The notes below the pieces were generated by a model. The model searched no databases and was not told the origin of the DNA. It worked only from the letters and a program-made list of their open reading frames with translations. A DNA stretch of 44,842 bases, taken from Coniocarpon cinnabarinum (Eukaryota). Location of the stretch: contig JAVECO010000183.1 of NCBI GenBank assembly GCA_051942205.1, forward strand, positions 1 through 44,842, in the 5' to 3' direction. This document shows, piece after piece, positions 34,825 to 44,842 of the stretch (position 1 is its first letter; each line of letters starts with the position of its first letter). The translations under genes and the position numbers were made by a program.

Positions 34825-37800
34825 ATGGCTGATGACAAAGTGAACAATAAGCGAGGTAAGTGCCGTCGAACTGGGTTTGCGCAAATAGAATTTGGAACGA
34901 CTCGGTGCACTTTCATATCTAGGCGGTGATATTTTGAAAACAACGTGCCCGCGTCTATGTGAGGTTAAATCTGGAAACCAGCAGCGTACAGAAGAGGAAA
35001 AAGGGACTAGACCAAAGCTAATCGTTGTAAATAGGCCCCGATGATTCGTGGGAGAGCGGCCGATCAAAATCCTGGGAATCCCCAGTAAAAGACTTGGAAG
35101 GCTACAGAGAAAGAGTTTCGAGTGTATTCGCCAAATACGCAACTACTATATATCTGAGCACGCGCTCTTTGCCTCTGGAAACTGGCGACGGGTCCTATGT
35201 AGATAAGCATAGCGACACACACAAGCTCATAGAGGCTCTTGGACAACTTCCTCACTTTCGGACAGACGGTCATGATTACCATGGAGTCCGCACTCTTAAG
35301 AAAGCCATCGAGCTACCATTCGAGCGAAAACCATGGAAGGACGACCGACTGTACCTCCTGGAAGATATTATCGCGGTAAGCCAGCAGTGGTGAAAAACTA
35401 GATTCATCCCTATAGCACGACGTACTGATAGAGTTTTTCCATAGCTTGGCTCGGAACTCCCTCTCGGTTCCAGTGCCAGCAACCTATTAACAAACAAGAT
35501 TGTCAAGTTTCTATGGCGGGATCTGGACCATCCAGCACTCGCCTTCATTCCGAGTGAATTCAACGCGCAAGCCTTCGACAGTGCCGGCTTCAATTCGTCG
35601 CTTTCACAGACGGCCCACGTGAACTTGCGGTATCGAACAGCTGACGGGTCTTACAATAACGTCACAAAAGCTCTTGTTGGATCAGCCAATCGACCTTACG
35701 CTCGTAGCGTTCCTCCTGTCACTCCTCAGTTGGATCCGCCGCCAGATCCTGGCCTAATCTTTGACCGGCTGCTTAAGCGTCAGGAACACAAACCACATGA
35801 AAGAGGCATATCGAGCTCCCTGTTCTATTTTGCGACGATCATCATCCATGATCTGTTTCACACCAGCCACGGCGATCAAGGTATCAGTGAAACTTCCTCG
35901 TATCTAGATCTGGCACCGCTATATGGGAACAATGCTGAGGAGCAAAGTCAGGTGCGAGAGAAACGTGGCGGTAGACTTCGCCCAGATTGTTTCGCCGAAG
36001 ACCGTATCCTCGGCTTCCCTCCAGGCGTCTCTGTGTGGCTCATAATGTTTAATAGATATCACAATCATGTGGTGCAGAACCTGGCCACTATTAATGAAGG
36101 CAACCGATTCGATCCCTCGAGCGACACGTTAGACGAAGACCTCTTCCAAACAGGCCGCCTAGTAACATGTGGACTGTACATGCATATTATTCTGAACGAT
36201 TATTTACGCGTCATCACTAATCTCATCGAGACTAGAAGTAACTGGAAAATCGATCCTCGTGCTGAGATCAGAGATGGACCTCCTCGTGGTGTAGGCAACC
36301 ATGTTTCAGCGGAATTCAATTTGATTTATCGCTGGCATGCTTGTGTATCCAAACGAGACGAAGACTGGATCAACTGCAGGTACCAGACAGAATTCGACGA
36401 TAAATCACCAGCGGACGTCTCTGAGAACGAGCTGCTGGAAGTGCTTGCTCGGATGGAGAGAAGGGTGAAACAGGTCAAGCCAGCCGAGCGACGGATTGCC
36501 AACCAGAATGGTGATGATCTAGAGCGCAACCCGAAAACAGGCAGATTCAAGGATGATGATCTGTTCGAAATCCTTCGAGATGGTATCGAAGACCCGGCGA
36601 ATGCATTTGGAGCACGTCAAGTTCCGGAATGCCTCCGCGCAGTCGAAATTCTGGGTATCCGGCAAGCTCGAAAGTGGTCAGTATGCACTTTGAACGAATT
36701 CCGCAAGTTTTTCAATCTGGCACCCTATACAAGCTTCGACGAGATTAATCCAGACAAACAAATTCAAGACGACCTGAGAATGCTGTACGATACTCCGGAT
36801 CAAGTCGAACTCTATCCTGGATTGTTGTCCGAAGCCACGAAACCAAAGATGATCGGTTCTGGTCTCATGCCAGGCTTTACGATTTCACGTGCAATCTTGT
36901 CTGACGCTGTCAGCCTCGTGCGTGGCGATCGTTTCTATACGCATGATTTCCATCCAAAAGCGCTTACGAATTGGGGTTATGCAGAAATCGACAGTGATCC
37001 CCACGTAGATTACGGATGCTGTTCGTACAAGCTCATCTTCACCGCGTTCCCTCAGCATTTCCGGCGGAACTCGGTGTACGCCCATTATCCCTTCATGCTC
37101 CCAGAACAAATGCGTAAGATTCTTGAAAAGTCGCAGGACCACCCTGACCATGAGAATCATCACAACTACAACTATGATCGCCCTGAGAGCTCTGACATTC
37201 GCAGCTGGAAAGAAATAAAGACCTTCAAGGGTGCTCGATACATTCTCGAACGATCCCAACTGTTCAAAGTGGCTTGGAAAGAGGCCATTGAGTTCTTGAT
37301 GGGACCTGAGGCGAGGAATTTTATGCTTGCAGGCGACGGTGACAAAAATGAGCAATCGAAAGACATCATGGATTCTGCCTTGTATGAGAGGGGTCAAGAT
37401 TGCCAACCCGACAAGCTGTTGAGAGACGAGATCAAGACCTTTTATCTCTCAAAGACGCGCAACCTTCTGAACAATTCGAGTAAATCGAGTAAGCCGAACA
37501 CACCGAAAAGAGTTCACGAGTCTGATGGTCTCCTGCGAGCTGACCTGGTACGCGATATTACAAACATGACGTCAGTCTATTTCTGTGCGGAGATGTTTCT
37601 TCTACCCATCAAAAGCGATGAGTACCCCCATGGCGTATTCACAGAGCGCGAGCTTTATCTCATCTTTGTGGCTATTTTTACCTGTGTATTCTTCGACAAT
37701 GATGTTGTAAATTCTTTCGACATACACACCAAAGCTCGCGCCGGTGCAAAAGTACTTGGTGAAATGGTTGAAAGGAATGTGAGGTCAATAAATGAGGGTC

Positions 37801-38993
37801 GACTGGTTGACTTTATGCGCCTAATCTTTGATTTTCACAGTCGGGAGGAAAGCAGTCCTCTTCAGAATTATGGGAAGAAAATGATCAAGAGACTATTGGA
37901 AAAGGGCAAAGAGAACAACATGACCGAGGACCAGCTCGTTCATGGACACATTCTAGGAACAGCAGGTGGAATGGTCCCAAACCAGGGCCAGCAATTCGCT
38001 GAACTCCTTGCTTTCTATTTGTTGGACAAGAAAGGAATGAAGCATTGGCCGAGGATTGTCGAGATTGCTAACGCAAAGACTGGTGGCGAGAAGTTCGATG
38101 ACGATTATGGCGAAGAAGAACTACTAAGATATGTGATGGAAGGGTCGCGATTAGCTTGCGCTTCAGGTGTCACGCGAGAGGTTTCCGAAAACACGACTTT
38201 TCCAGCCAAATATACCAAGTCAAATCGGCGTGCAGCACATGAGGTAGAACATGACTGTGCTGAGGACGAAGACTATACGATTGTCGAAAATGACAAGATC
38301 CATGTCCATGTCCAAAAAGGGGACAAAATCTTCGTCAATCTCTGGGCAGCTTCGCGAGACCCGAACAAGTACGGAGACGATGCTGACGAAGTGAATCTGC
38401 ATCGTGATCTCGACAAAGATTACATGTGTTTCGGTTGGGGCCGACATCAGTGTCTTGGCTTGGATGTGATCAAGATCAGTCTCACAGCTATGCTGCGCGT
38501 TGTTGCTCAGCTCCCGCACTTGCGACCAGTTGGAGGGCCTGAGGGACAAGTTAAGAAAGTCCCAGCCGGAGCTGGACTGAAGCCTGGGACTGCTGAGGGT
38601 TATTGGAAATACATGACTAAGTGCAATGATTCATACTGTGTGTTAGAGCTTGAAAAAGCTGTGTAAAGTGTTACGTGGAGCTAACAAATCCACACAGGGC
38701 CATTTCCGGTTGGATTAAAAGTGCAGTGGGAGAGTGACTGGGATTGGAATCGGCGGACGTGGGGTAGTCCGGAATTCCCTTACACAGAAGACGACAGAGC
38801 CAAGTTTACTGACAGCAGTACCACTGCCAATCCTAAGCATGATCCTCATCAGAACAATACCGGTGTCGCTTCCGCTGAAACCGAAGGTGATACAGCTGCT
38901 GATCCGTCCGAACACTCTGGTTCAGATGACCCACCGCCAACCTCACACCGCGGCGATGCGGACGCTGGGCGCAAGCAGGTGTCAAAGGAATGA
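34825..38993 (+). CDS. Fatty-acid dioxygenase (heme peroxidase)-cytochrome P450 fusion, Ppo/linoleate diol synthase family, ~1286 aa
   Basis: Exons 34825-34855, 35035-35375, 35445-38637 and 38698-38993. DOX motifs YRTADGSYNN, IIIHDLF, SSYLDLAPLYG, EFNLIYRWH and LVRGDRFY. P450 motifs PNQGQ, EGSR and FGWGRHQCLG. C-terminal WPFPVGLKVQW. Confidence 0.95.
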
Positions 38994-40010
38994 CACGGAA
39001 TTTGCAAGCCGGTAGAATTTGTAGTAGGCGAGAAGTTGAGGCGTTCTGTCATTATAGGGAAAAGTTACCCAATCCAAGCTTGGATGCTCACATACCGGAC
39101 TAAAGTTTTTTTTTTTTTTTTTTAAGTTTTCTTTACACGTCAATGTTGAACAGCGCAGCCTGTGAGGATGTTCTTCAACGTCCTTGTTTATAGGTCACAC
39201 ACGATTAAGATGATGCTATGCGTGCCTTTTGGGGGAATGCGATTCAAATCTTCACAAGTATTTCGGTCCTAAGATTGACTCGCAAAAACGCTTTGTAATG
39301 TAGATGTACTGAGAATTGCTTAGGGACCCTCGGGACATGATGTAGTATTGGGGCTGGAGCGTTCTGGTCGTAATCATGTTCATGACCCCAACTGCATTGA
39401 CGAGCAGATATAGCCAGAGCTCCTCGCACGATAATTTTGCCTACTTCCCGTCAATAATGATCGTGAAGCAAAGCTTTACCTCGTGTCGAGTCAAGGATTG
39501 AAAACAGATCAAGTTCTTTTCGAGCGTCTTGACTCCTCTATGTCCAGCTCCAGCACAGTCTCATGAGAGTATTCGGTGGCTCCAGTCATCCAGGCCTTCG
39601 AGAGGCATCGAGGCTGTGGTTTGAAGATCTAAGCAGAGCCATTAAATGCTATTGAACCCCTTCGCTATTACGCTCCGAAAGGGTCCCGTGTGAGGAGTAG
39701 GTGAAGATATCAAGGCTTTTACCGTCATGGTCATCTTGCTTTCGCAAACCCAATACGCGTCATTGGAAGCCTTTCGCATTGCCGCGGCAATTGCCCAACT
39801 CTTATTGGTGACCCTCATTATTTGAGATTCGTCAGGCGGAAAGGCGCCAAGAGCGGAGCGGAATATTCCGCCACGGGTCATCTGTGTCACCTAAAGACGA
39901 AAGTATTTTAGGAAGTTTGTTGTGTGGTGAAGTACCGTCCCATGGCAACACGATGATACGTCCACATCGACGCGTCGAGCGTTATGTGCATATCATAGCC
40001 AGCGAAGAAA

Positions 40011-41662
40011 ATGGATGATTGGACAAAGGTACCATCTGAAACTCTATTAGAAGCTCTCAGTACCCATACTTACGCGATGGAAGGACGTCTTGCAGAGCGC
40101 GGTCTTCGTCCCTTTGCCACGGTAAATACAAGAATCAAAAGTTCAAGCAGAAAAGGAGCTGAAGTTCTGAAAGTCTCATTGATGAAGCACCGCGAAGCAC
40201 TGAGGATCGCTTAAAGTTTCTAATTCAGCATCATGACAGCCACGTGGAGACAGTGCGGTAAGTTACTAGTGGCGTCCATCCAGGTGGCGAACATTCCTGC
40301 TCGTTATGAACACCTGAGAAAGCCGGATGCTGTGGGAAGCTTGCGTTGAGATGCACTTTTCAACGATCACGCCTTATTAATGCATTAGGCAGGAATAATA
40401 TCACACATCAGTACCACTTGCAGTTGAGCTCGCGATCGCGGAAATCTGCAAGTCGCTCTGCCTCGAGATCAAGAACTCCCAACAAAGAGCATCCTACGAA
40501 GAATCCTGTGACGGAACAAGAGAGCAGTGCTGTGTCTGAGATCATAGCAGATCTGAAACACCCTTTCCAAGGAGAACCTTCAGATGATCCATGCTTCAGA
40601 CCAGACGAAACAAATGACATCGACAAAGTCGCAGCTCAACGTCGTGACGGCCATGCTCGTGGGACAGAGGACAAAGAGTTGAAACAGCTACTCCAAGATT
40701 ATCAGGACCGTGCAGGCAAAACAAAAAATGGATGGGAGGGGTGGCTGAGGCGGGAACAGGAGAAGAAGGGCACGTTGCCAAGACAGAGTGCTGCGGCTGA
40801 ACGAAGCTCACAGATACCCAAAAGCAAGTCCAGCCCGACTGCATCCACCTTAGCAACTTCCACGACCCAGGTGGCACAGCGGCGCGCATCGAGCAAGGAC
40901 GCTCAGACCCCAAGATCGTTGAATGAGCCCACTGCCGTGGCCGCGGGTGCACTCAACCCCAGTTCAAGGAGCAACGTCGATTCCCAGAAACCGGTTGCGT
41001 CAACTTCTCATACCAGTGTCGCGGTAGACCCACGAAAACGGAAGAATCCTTTTGGTGAGGGAAGCAAGGTGACACAAGCTCAGCAGCAAGGGTCCAATCC
41101 ATCTACAGCCGCTGCTGGCTCTGCAGCGAGTATCGTTCAGCGCAAGAAATCATTTGATGAGCCTGAGGAAGGACAAGTGAACGAGGATCTCCCCATTTGG
41201 GCTCAACGACGCAGACCAAGCCTGTCAGTGGACACCAACAGACGGGCGTCGAATGATGCCAGTACTACGGGGCCAACGTCAGGACCTATCAGATCAGCCT
41301 CATCGACGGGTGCCAATCCCATACCCATATCTGCGGGTAGTAACCCAGAGCGGTTGAAACTTTCCAAACCTCCGGGCTGGGCCAAAAAGAGAGCAGAGCC
41401 AAGTTCAGCAACCCCCACAGCATCTCCAGACATCAGTCGTGCGTCCGGTCAGAGTCGGTCAACTTCCGGCAACACAGTGTCAAGAAGTTCTGCTGCAAGC
41501 ATGCAAAGTCAGCCGGCTCAAAGGACGGCGTCCGCCACGGCTTCATCCACGAGCGCCCAAGTGCCTGGTGCAGGGACGGGCGCGTCCAGTGTAGACGCCA
41601 GCCGGGACCCCCGAAAGAGGTCAAGATCCCAATTTCACGACGTGTACAGTAGGAGAGGCTAG
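40011..41662 (+). CDS. Hypothetical, largely disordered Ser/Arg-rich protein with two DPR motifs, ~469 aa
   Basis: Introns 40122-40228 and 40258-40392 join ORF 40011 to ORF 40346-41662 through a 29-nt micro-exon. Contains VDPRKRK and RDPRKR. The 5' structure is less certain. Confidence 0.65.
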
Positions 41663-41761
41663 CGAGCACCGGCATGCGTGTTCCGATTACATGTTCACGG
41701 CAAGGCAAGAACGATGGTGTTGCCACGAGAAAGAGCGTCGTCGGCGACCACGGCCGAAGAT

Positions 41762-41935
41762 CGGATGAGCGGTGCTGGCATGTGAGAGCCAATGGGCTGG
41801 GTGATCACGCTAGGGGCCACCACTAGTCCCTCTTGGTCCTGGGTTACTTGTGGGGAACACCTCGGTTCAGCGGACGGCTCTAAGACTCTTGAAACTCTGC
41901 TCCAGTAACAACAGCACCAAGCACCAAGCCCCAGC
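41762..41935 (+). promoter_or_regulatory. Candidate carbon-source response elements upstream of isocitrate lyase
   Basis: CGGATGAGCGG (CGG-N6-GG, FacB/Cat8-type) at ~41762, GTGGGG (CreA SYGGRG) at 41850-41855, CCTCGG (FarA/FarB core) at 41860-41865, and CCCCAG (CreA, minus strand) at ~41929. Confidence 0.45.
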
Positions 41936-42141
41936 ACCGTCATATGAGAGCCTCGAGTTTCCAAGCGAGTTTTCCCGAGATCATGTCTAGACCACTATAT
42001 CTTTCTTCTCCCCGTGTTTCTTTTCTTACTGTTTCTATATTTCCATTCCAGCGTAGTATACGTCATCCTAACCCACACACACCTCCTTGAACATCTCACA
42101 CTGCGTCCACTTCTTCACTGAAGCCGGACGAGGCTGATTGC

Positions 42142-43883
42142 ATGTCCATCAAGAGCACATTCCAAAGCACTATCTCGAGTCTCAACGCCTTGGCTTCAAA
42201 TCTCGCCTCCACCATGTCTGGCAATCTCGATGCTGAGCAAGCAGCCTTTGACGCTGAGGTCAAAGCTGTCAAGCAATGGTGGTCTGATAGCCGCTGGCGT
42301 CATACTCGCCGACCTTTTACGGCTGAGCAGATCGTCTCGAAGCGAGGTTCTATCAAGCAAGAGTACGCCAACAACGAGATGAGCAGGAAGCTCTGGAATA
42401 TCCTTGAGACGAACGTCAAAGATGGCCAAGCCAGCTTCACATACGGATGCTTAGATCCGGTCATGGTCACTCAGATGGCCAAGTACCTTGACACCGTCTA
42501 CGTCTCCGGATGGCAATCATCCTCAACTGCCTCGTCGACAGACGAACCTGGCCCCGACCTTGCAGACTATCCTTACGTACGCTGCCTTTCTCTATTATTA
42601 ATGGCCTCTTGTCTCACTGATATTCGCAGACCACTGTCCCAAACAAAGTCCACCATCTCTGGCTTGCCCAACTCTTCCATGACCGCAAGCAACGCGAAGA
42701 ACGTCTCTCTACACCCAAATCCTCCCGTCACACTTGTCCCTCCATTGACTACCTCCGACCCATTATTGCCGATGCCGACACAGGCCATGGCGGCCTCACA
42801 GCCGTCATGAAGCTCACAAAGCTGTTCGTTGAATCAGGTGCCGCCGGTATACATATCGAAGACCAGGCTCCGGGTACTAAGAAGTGTGGACACATGGCCG
42901 GAAAGGTGCTCGTGCCGGTTTCTGAGCATGTGAACCGCCTTGTTGCCATTCGTGCTCAGGCTGACATCATGGGTGTTGATTTGTTGGCTGTTGCACGTAC
43001 AGACGCCGAAGCCGCAACTCTCATCACCAGCACCATTGACCCACGTGACCACGCCTTTGTCCTTGGATCCACCAATCCCGCCCTCCAACCACTCAACGAC
43101 CTCATGATCGCAGCCGAGGGCCAAGGCAAATCCGGCGACGCCCTCCAAGCCATCGAAGACAACTGGAACAACCAAGCCGGTCTCAAACTCTTCCCTGAAA
43201 CCGTCATCGACACCATCAATGCCGGCGTACACGTCAACAAACAGTCCCTCATTGACCAGTTCCTGGCGCAATCCAAAGGCAAATCAAACGCCGAGGCCCG
43301 TGCCATTGCTAAGGGTCTGACGGGCGTCGACGTCTTCTTCGACTGGGACGCTCCCCGTACCAGAGAAGGCTACTACCGCTACCGCGGCGGCTGTGCCTGC
43401 GCCGTCATGCGCGCACAAGCCTACGCCCCGGTCGCCGACCTCATCTGGATGGAAAGCAAGCTCCCGGACTTCTCTCAAGCCAAAGACTTCGCCGACGGCG
43501 TGCATGCCGCGTACCCCGAGCAAAAGCTAGCGTACAACCTCTCGCCCTCCTTCAACTGGAAGACGGCCATGCCCCGCGCGGAGCAGGAAACCTACATCAA
43601 ACGCCTTGGTGAACTCGGGTATTGCTGGCAGTTTATCACGCTCGCGGGACTGCACCAGGCCGCACTGATGGCGGATCGGTTCAGTCGCGATTTCAAGGAT
43701 AGAGGCATGGCGGCTTATGGGGAGACGATTCAGGAGCCAGAGATGGAATTGGGCGTTGATGTTGTGAGGCATCAGAAGTGGAGTGGGGCTAATTATGTGG
43801 ATGAGCTTTTGAAGATGGTGTCGGGGGGTGTGAGTTCGACCACTGCGATGGGGAAGGGCGTGACTGAGGATCAGTTCAAGTAG
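42142..43883 (+). CDS. ICL1: Isocitrate lyase (glyoxylate cycle)
   Basis: Intron 42577-42629. Motifs [32 protein letters not shown] and [18 protein letters not shown] indicates ICL rather than methylisocitrate lyase. Alternative ATG at 42214. Confidence 0.97.
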
Positions 43884-44507
43884 AGTGATTTATTGTGATG
43901 GGCCTTTGATTGGAGAAAGTAAGGCTTGGAATGGAGAGACATAGAGATATTGACGTTTTGGTTTTGAGATTGGTACAGCCATGCTATCTTATCAATGTGT
44001 TTCGGTTCGCAGACGTATCTGCAATTGCGGCCTACACAACGCTTGACTGCCTGCCGTGGATCCTTCTTTATCAGAGAATCCCTTGCCCTTCGTGGCCCAC
44101 TTATCACACCCTCACTTCTCCAATCGCTTCGCCGCATGTAAGCTTCATCTTTTATATCTCGTAAGTACTACGTATAGGATACTGCTTTCACATTTCTGCT
44201 GGAAACCGCTACTCTTCTTCAACATGCACAACTTCTTGTGTCAAAGCCCCTTCCTCACTAATGATGCCGGAGCGCTCGACACAACCTCAGCACCAGCGAA
44301 TGCAGCAGTGACTTGAACCTGCAGCGCTGGCCAGAACAGCAGTGACTTAACCCACCACAGTGCTTCAACCCACGCAAAGCAAGAATGCCTATGTCATTCG
44401 AAGACTACCTCCATGTCATGACTGAAACGGCCATCCATGTCATGCTGGAAACGACCTCAAGAAAAGCCAAGAGTATGCCATGAAAAGCTAGGAAAGGCTC
44501 AAAGGAG

Positions 44508-44654
44508 CTAGGAATGCCTCTGTCGAATGATCGAACTATCAACGACGTAACTCTGCGTGTACCCACAGCCCGTCGTGCCGTGGCCGGGGACCGCGCTCTT
44601 GAGCCAGCAACCCGGCCTTGCGCCGTTGACACCGTTGGGTGTGTAGCTGATGCC
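44508..44654 (-). CDS. Terminal exon of a probable PAN/apple-domain protein whose upstream exons lie beyond the window
   Basis: Branch site GCTAAT and acceptor TAG (44655-44657) precede GISYTPNGVNGARPGCWLKSAVPGHGTTGCGYTQSYVVDSSIIRQRHS*. GxSY...CWLKS is the typical C-terminal part of a PAN/apple module. Not listed in the ORF track because it has no start codon. Confidence 0.6.
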   Translation of the reverse strand, partial: GISYTPNGVNGARPGCWLKSAVPGHGTTGCGYTQSYVVDSSIIRQRHS

Positions 44655-44842
44655 CTAATCACTCCATTAGCTAATTGTTCTTCTTTTGTACTGTTACTGT
44701 TCCATTGCGGAGGGGACTAAGAGCCACGAACGGCTAGTGATTTCGAAAGAGGAACGAGTGCGTAAATGGGGAAATGGTGATTCGAAAGGAACGAGGGGGT
44801 GATAACGCGAATGCGGAGGGGACACCAGGGGGTGGTAGGGGA

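Noticed and set aside
39470..39945. Minus-strand spliced gene around ORF 39642-39890
   Set aside because: Splice-like signals exist, but I could not connect an ATG in a consistent phase.
43881..43900. Cryptic PTS1 by stop readthrough of ICL1
   Set aside because: The sequence after TAG reads SDLL*, which is not a PTS1, and the stop context is not the TGA-CTA readthrough motif.

Overview
Gene-dense genomic DNA from a filamentous ascomycete (Pezizomycotina-type: short GT..CTRAY..YAG introns, ~52-55% GC by eye). All exon structures were assembled by hand from splice signals and reading-frame continuity, and family calls come from recognised motifs; no database search was run. Left arm (1-14.3 kb): CFEM cell-surface protein with an 11-aa repeat, a divergent pair of Zn-dependent MDR dehydrogenases (ADH6/CAD-like and BDH-like, the latter ending in PTS1 -AKL), MARVEL protein, MHF1/CENP-S, LSM1, an SDR and UV-damage endonuclease Uve1. 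Middle (14.4-25.5 kb): ~11 kb with no recognisable conserved gene, holding three co-oriented, cleanly spliceable orphan genes (two single-pass membrane proteins flanking a 90-aa His-rich protein) and a 15-bp minisatellite. Right arm: C2-RasGAP (Bud2/Cla2-like), Mge1/GrpE with an unusually long, apparently structured intron, Tsc13, a fatty-acid dioxygenase-P450 fusion (Ppo/LDS family), a disordered protein with DPR motifs, isocitrate lyase, and the last exon of a PAN/apple-type protein not shown in the ORF track. No rRNA, tRNA, CRISPR array or transposon was recognised. The best candidate for an undescribed system is the orphan three-gene membrane-protein block, but its function is inference only.
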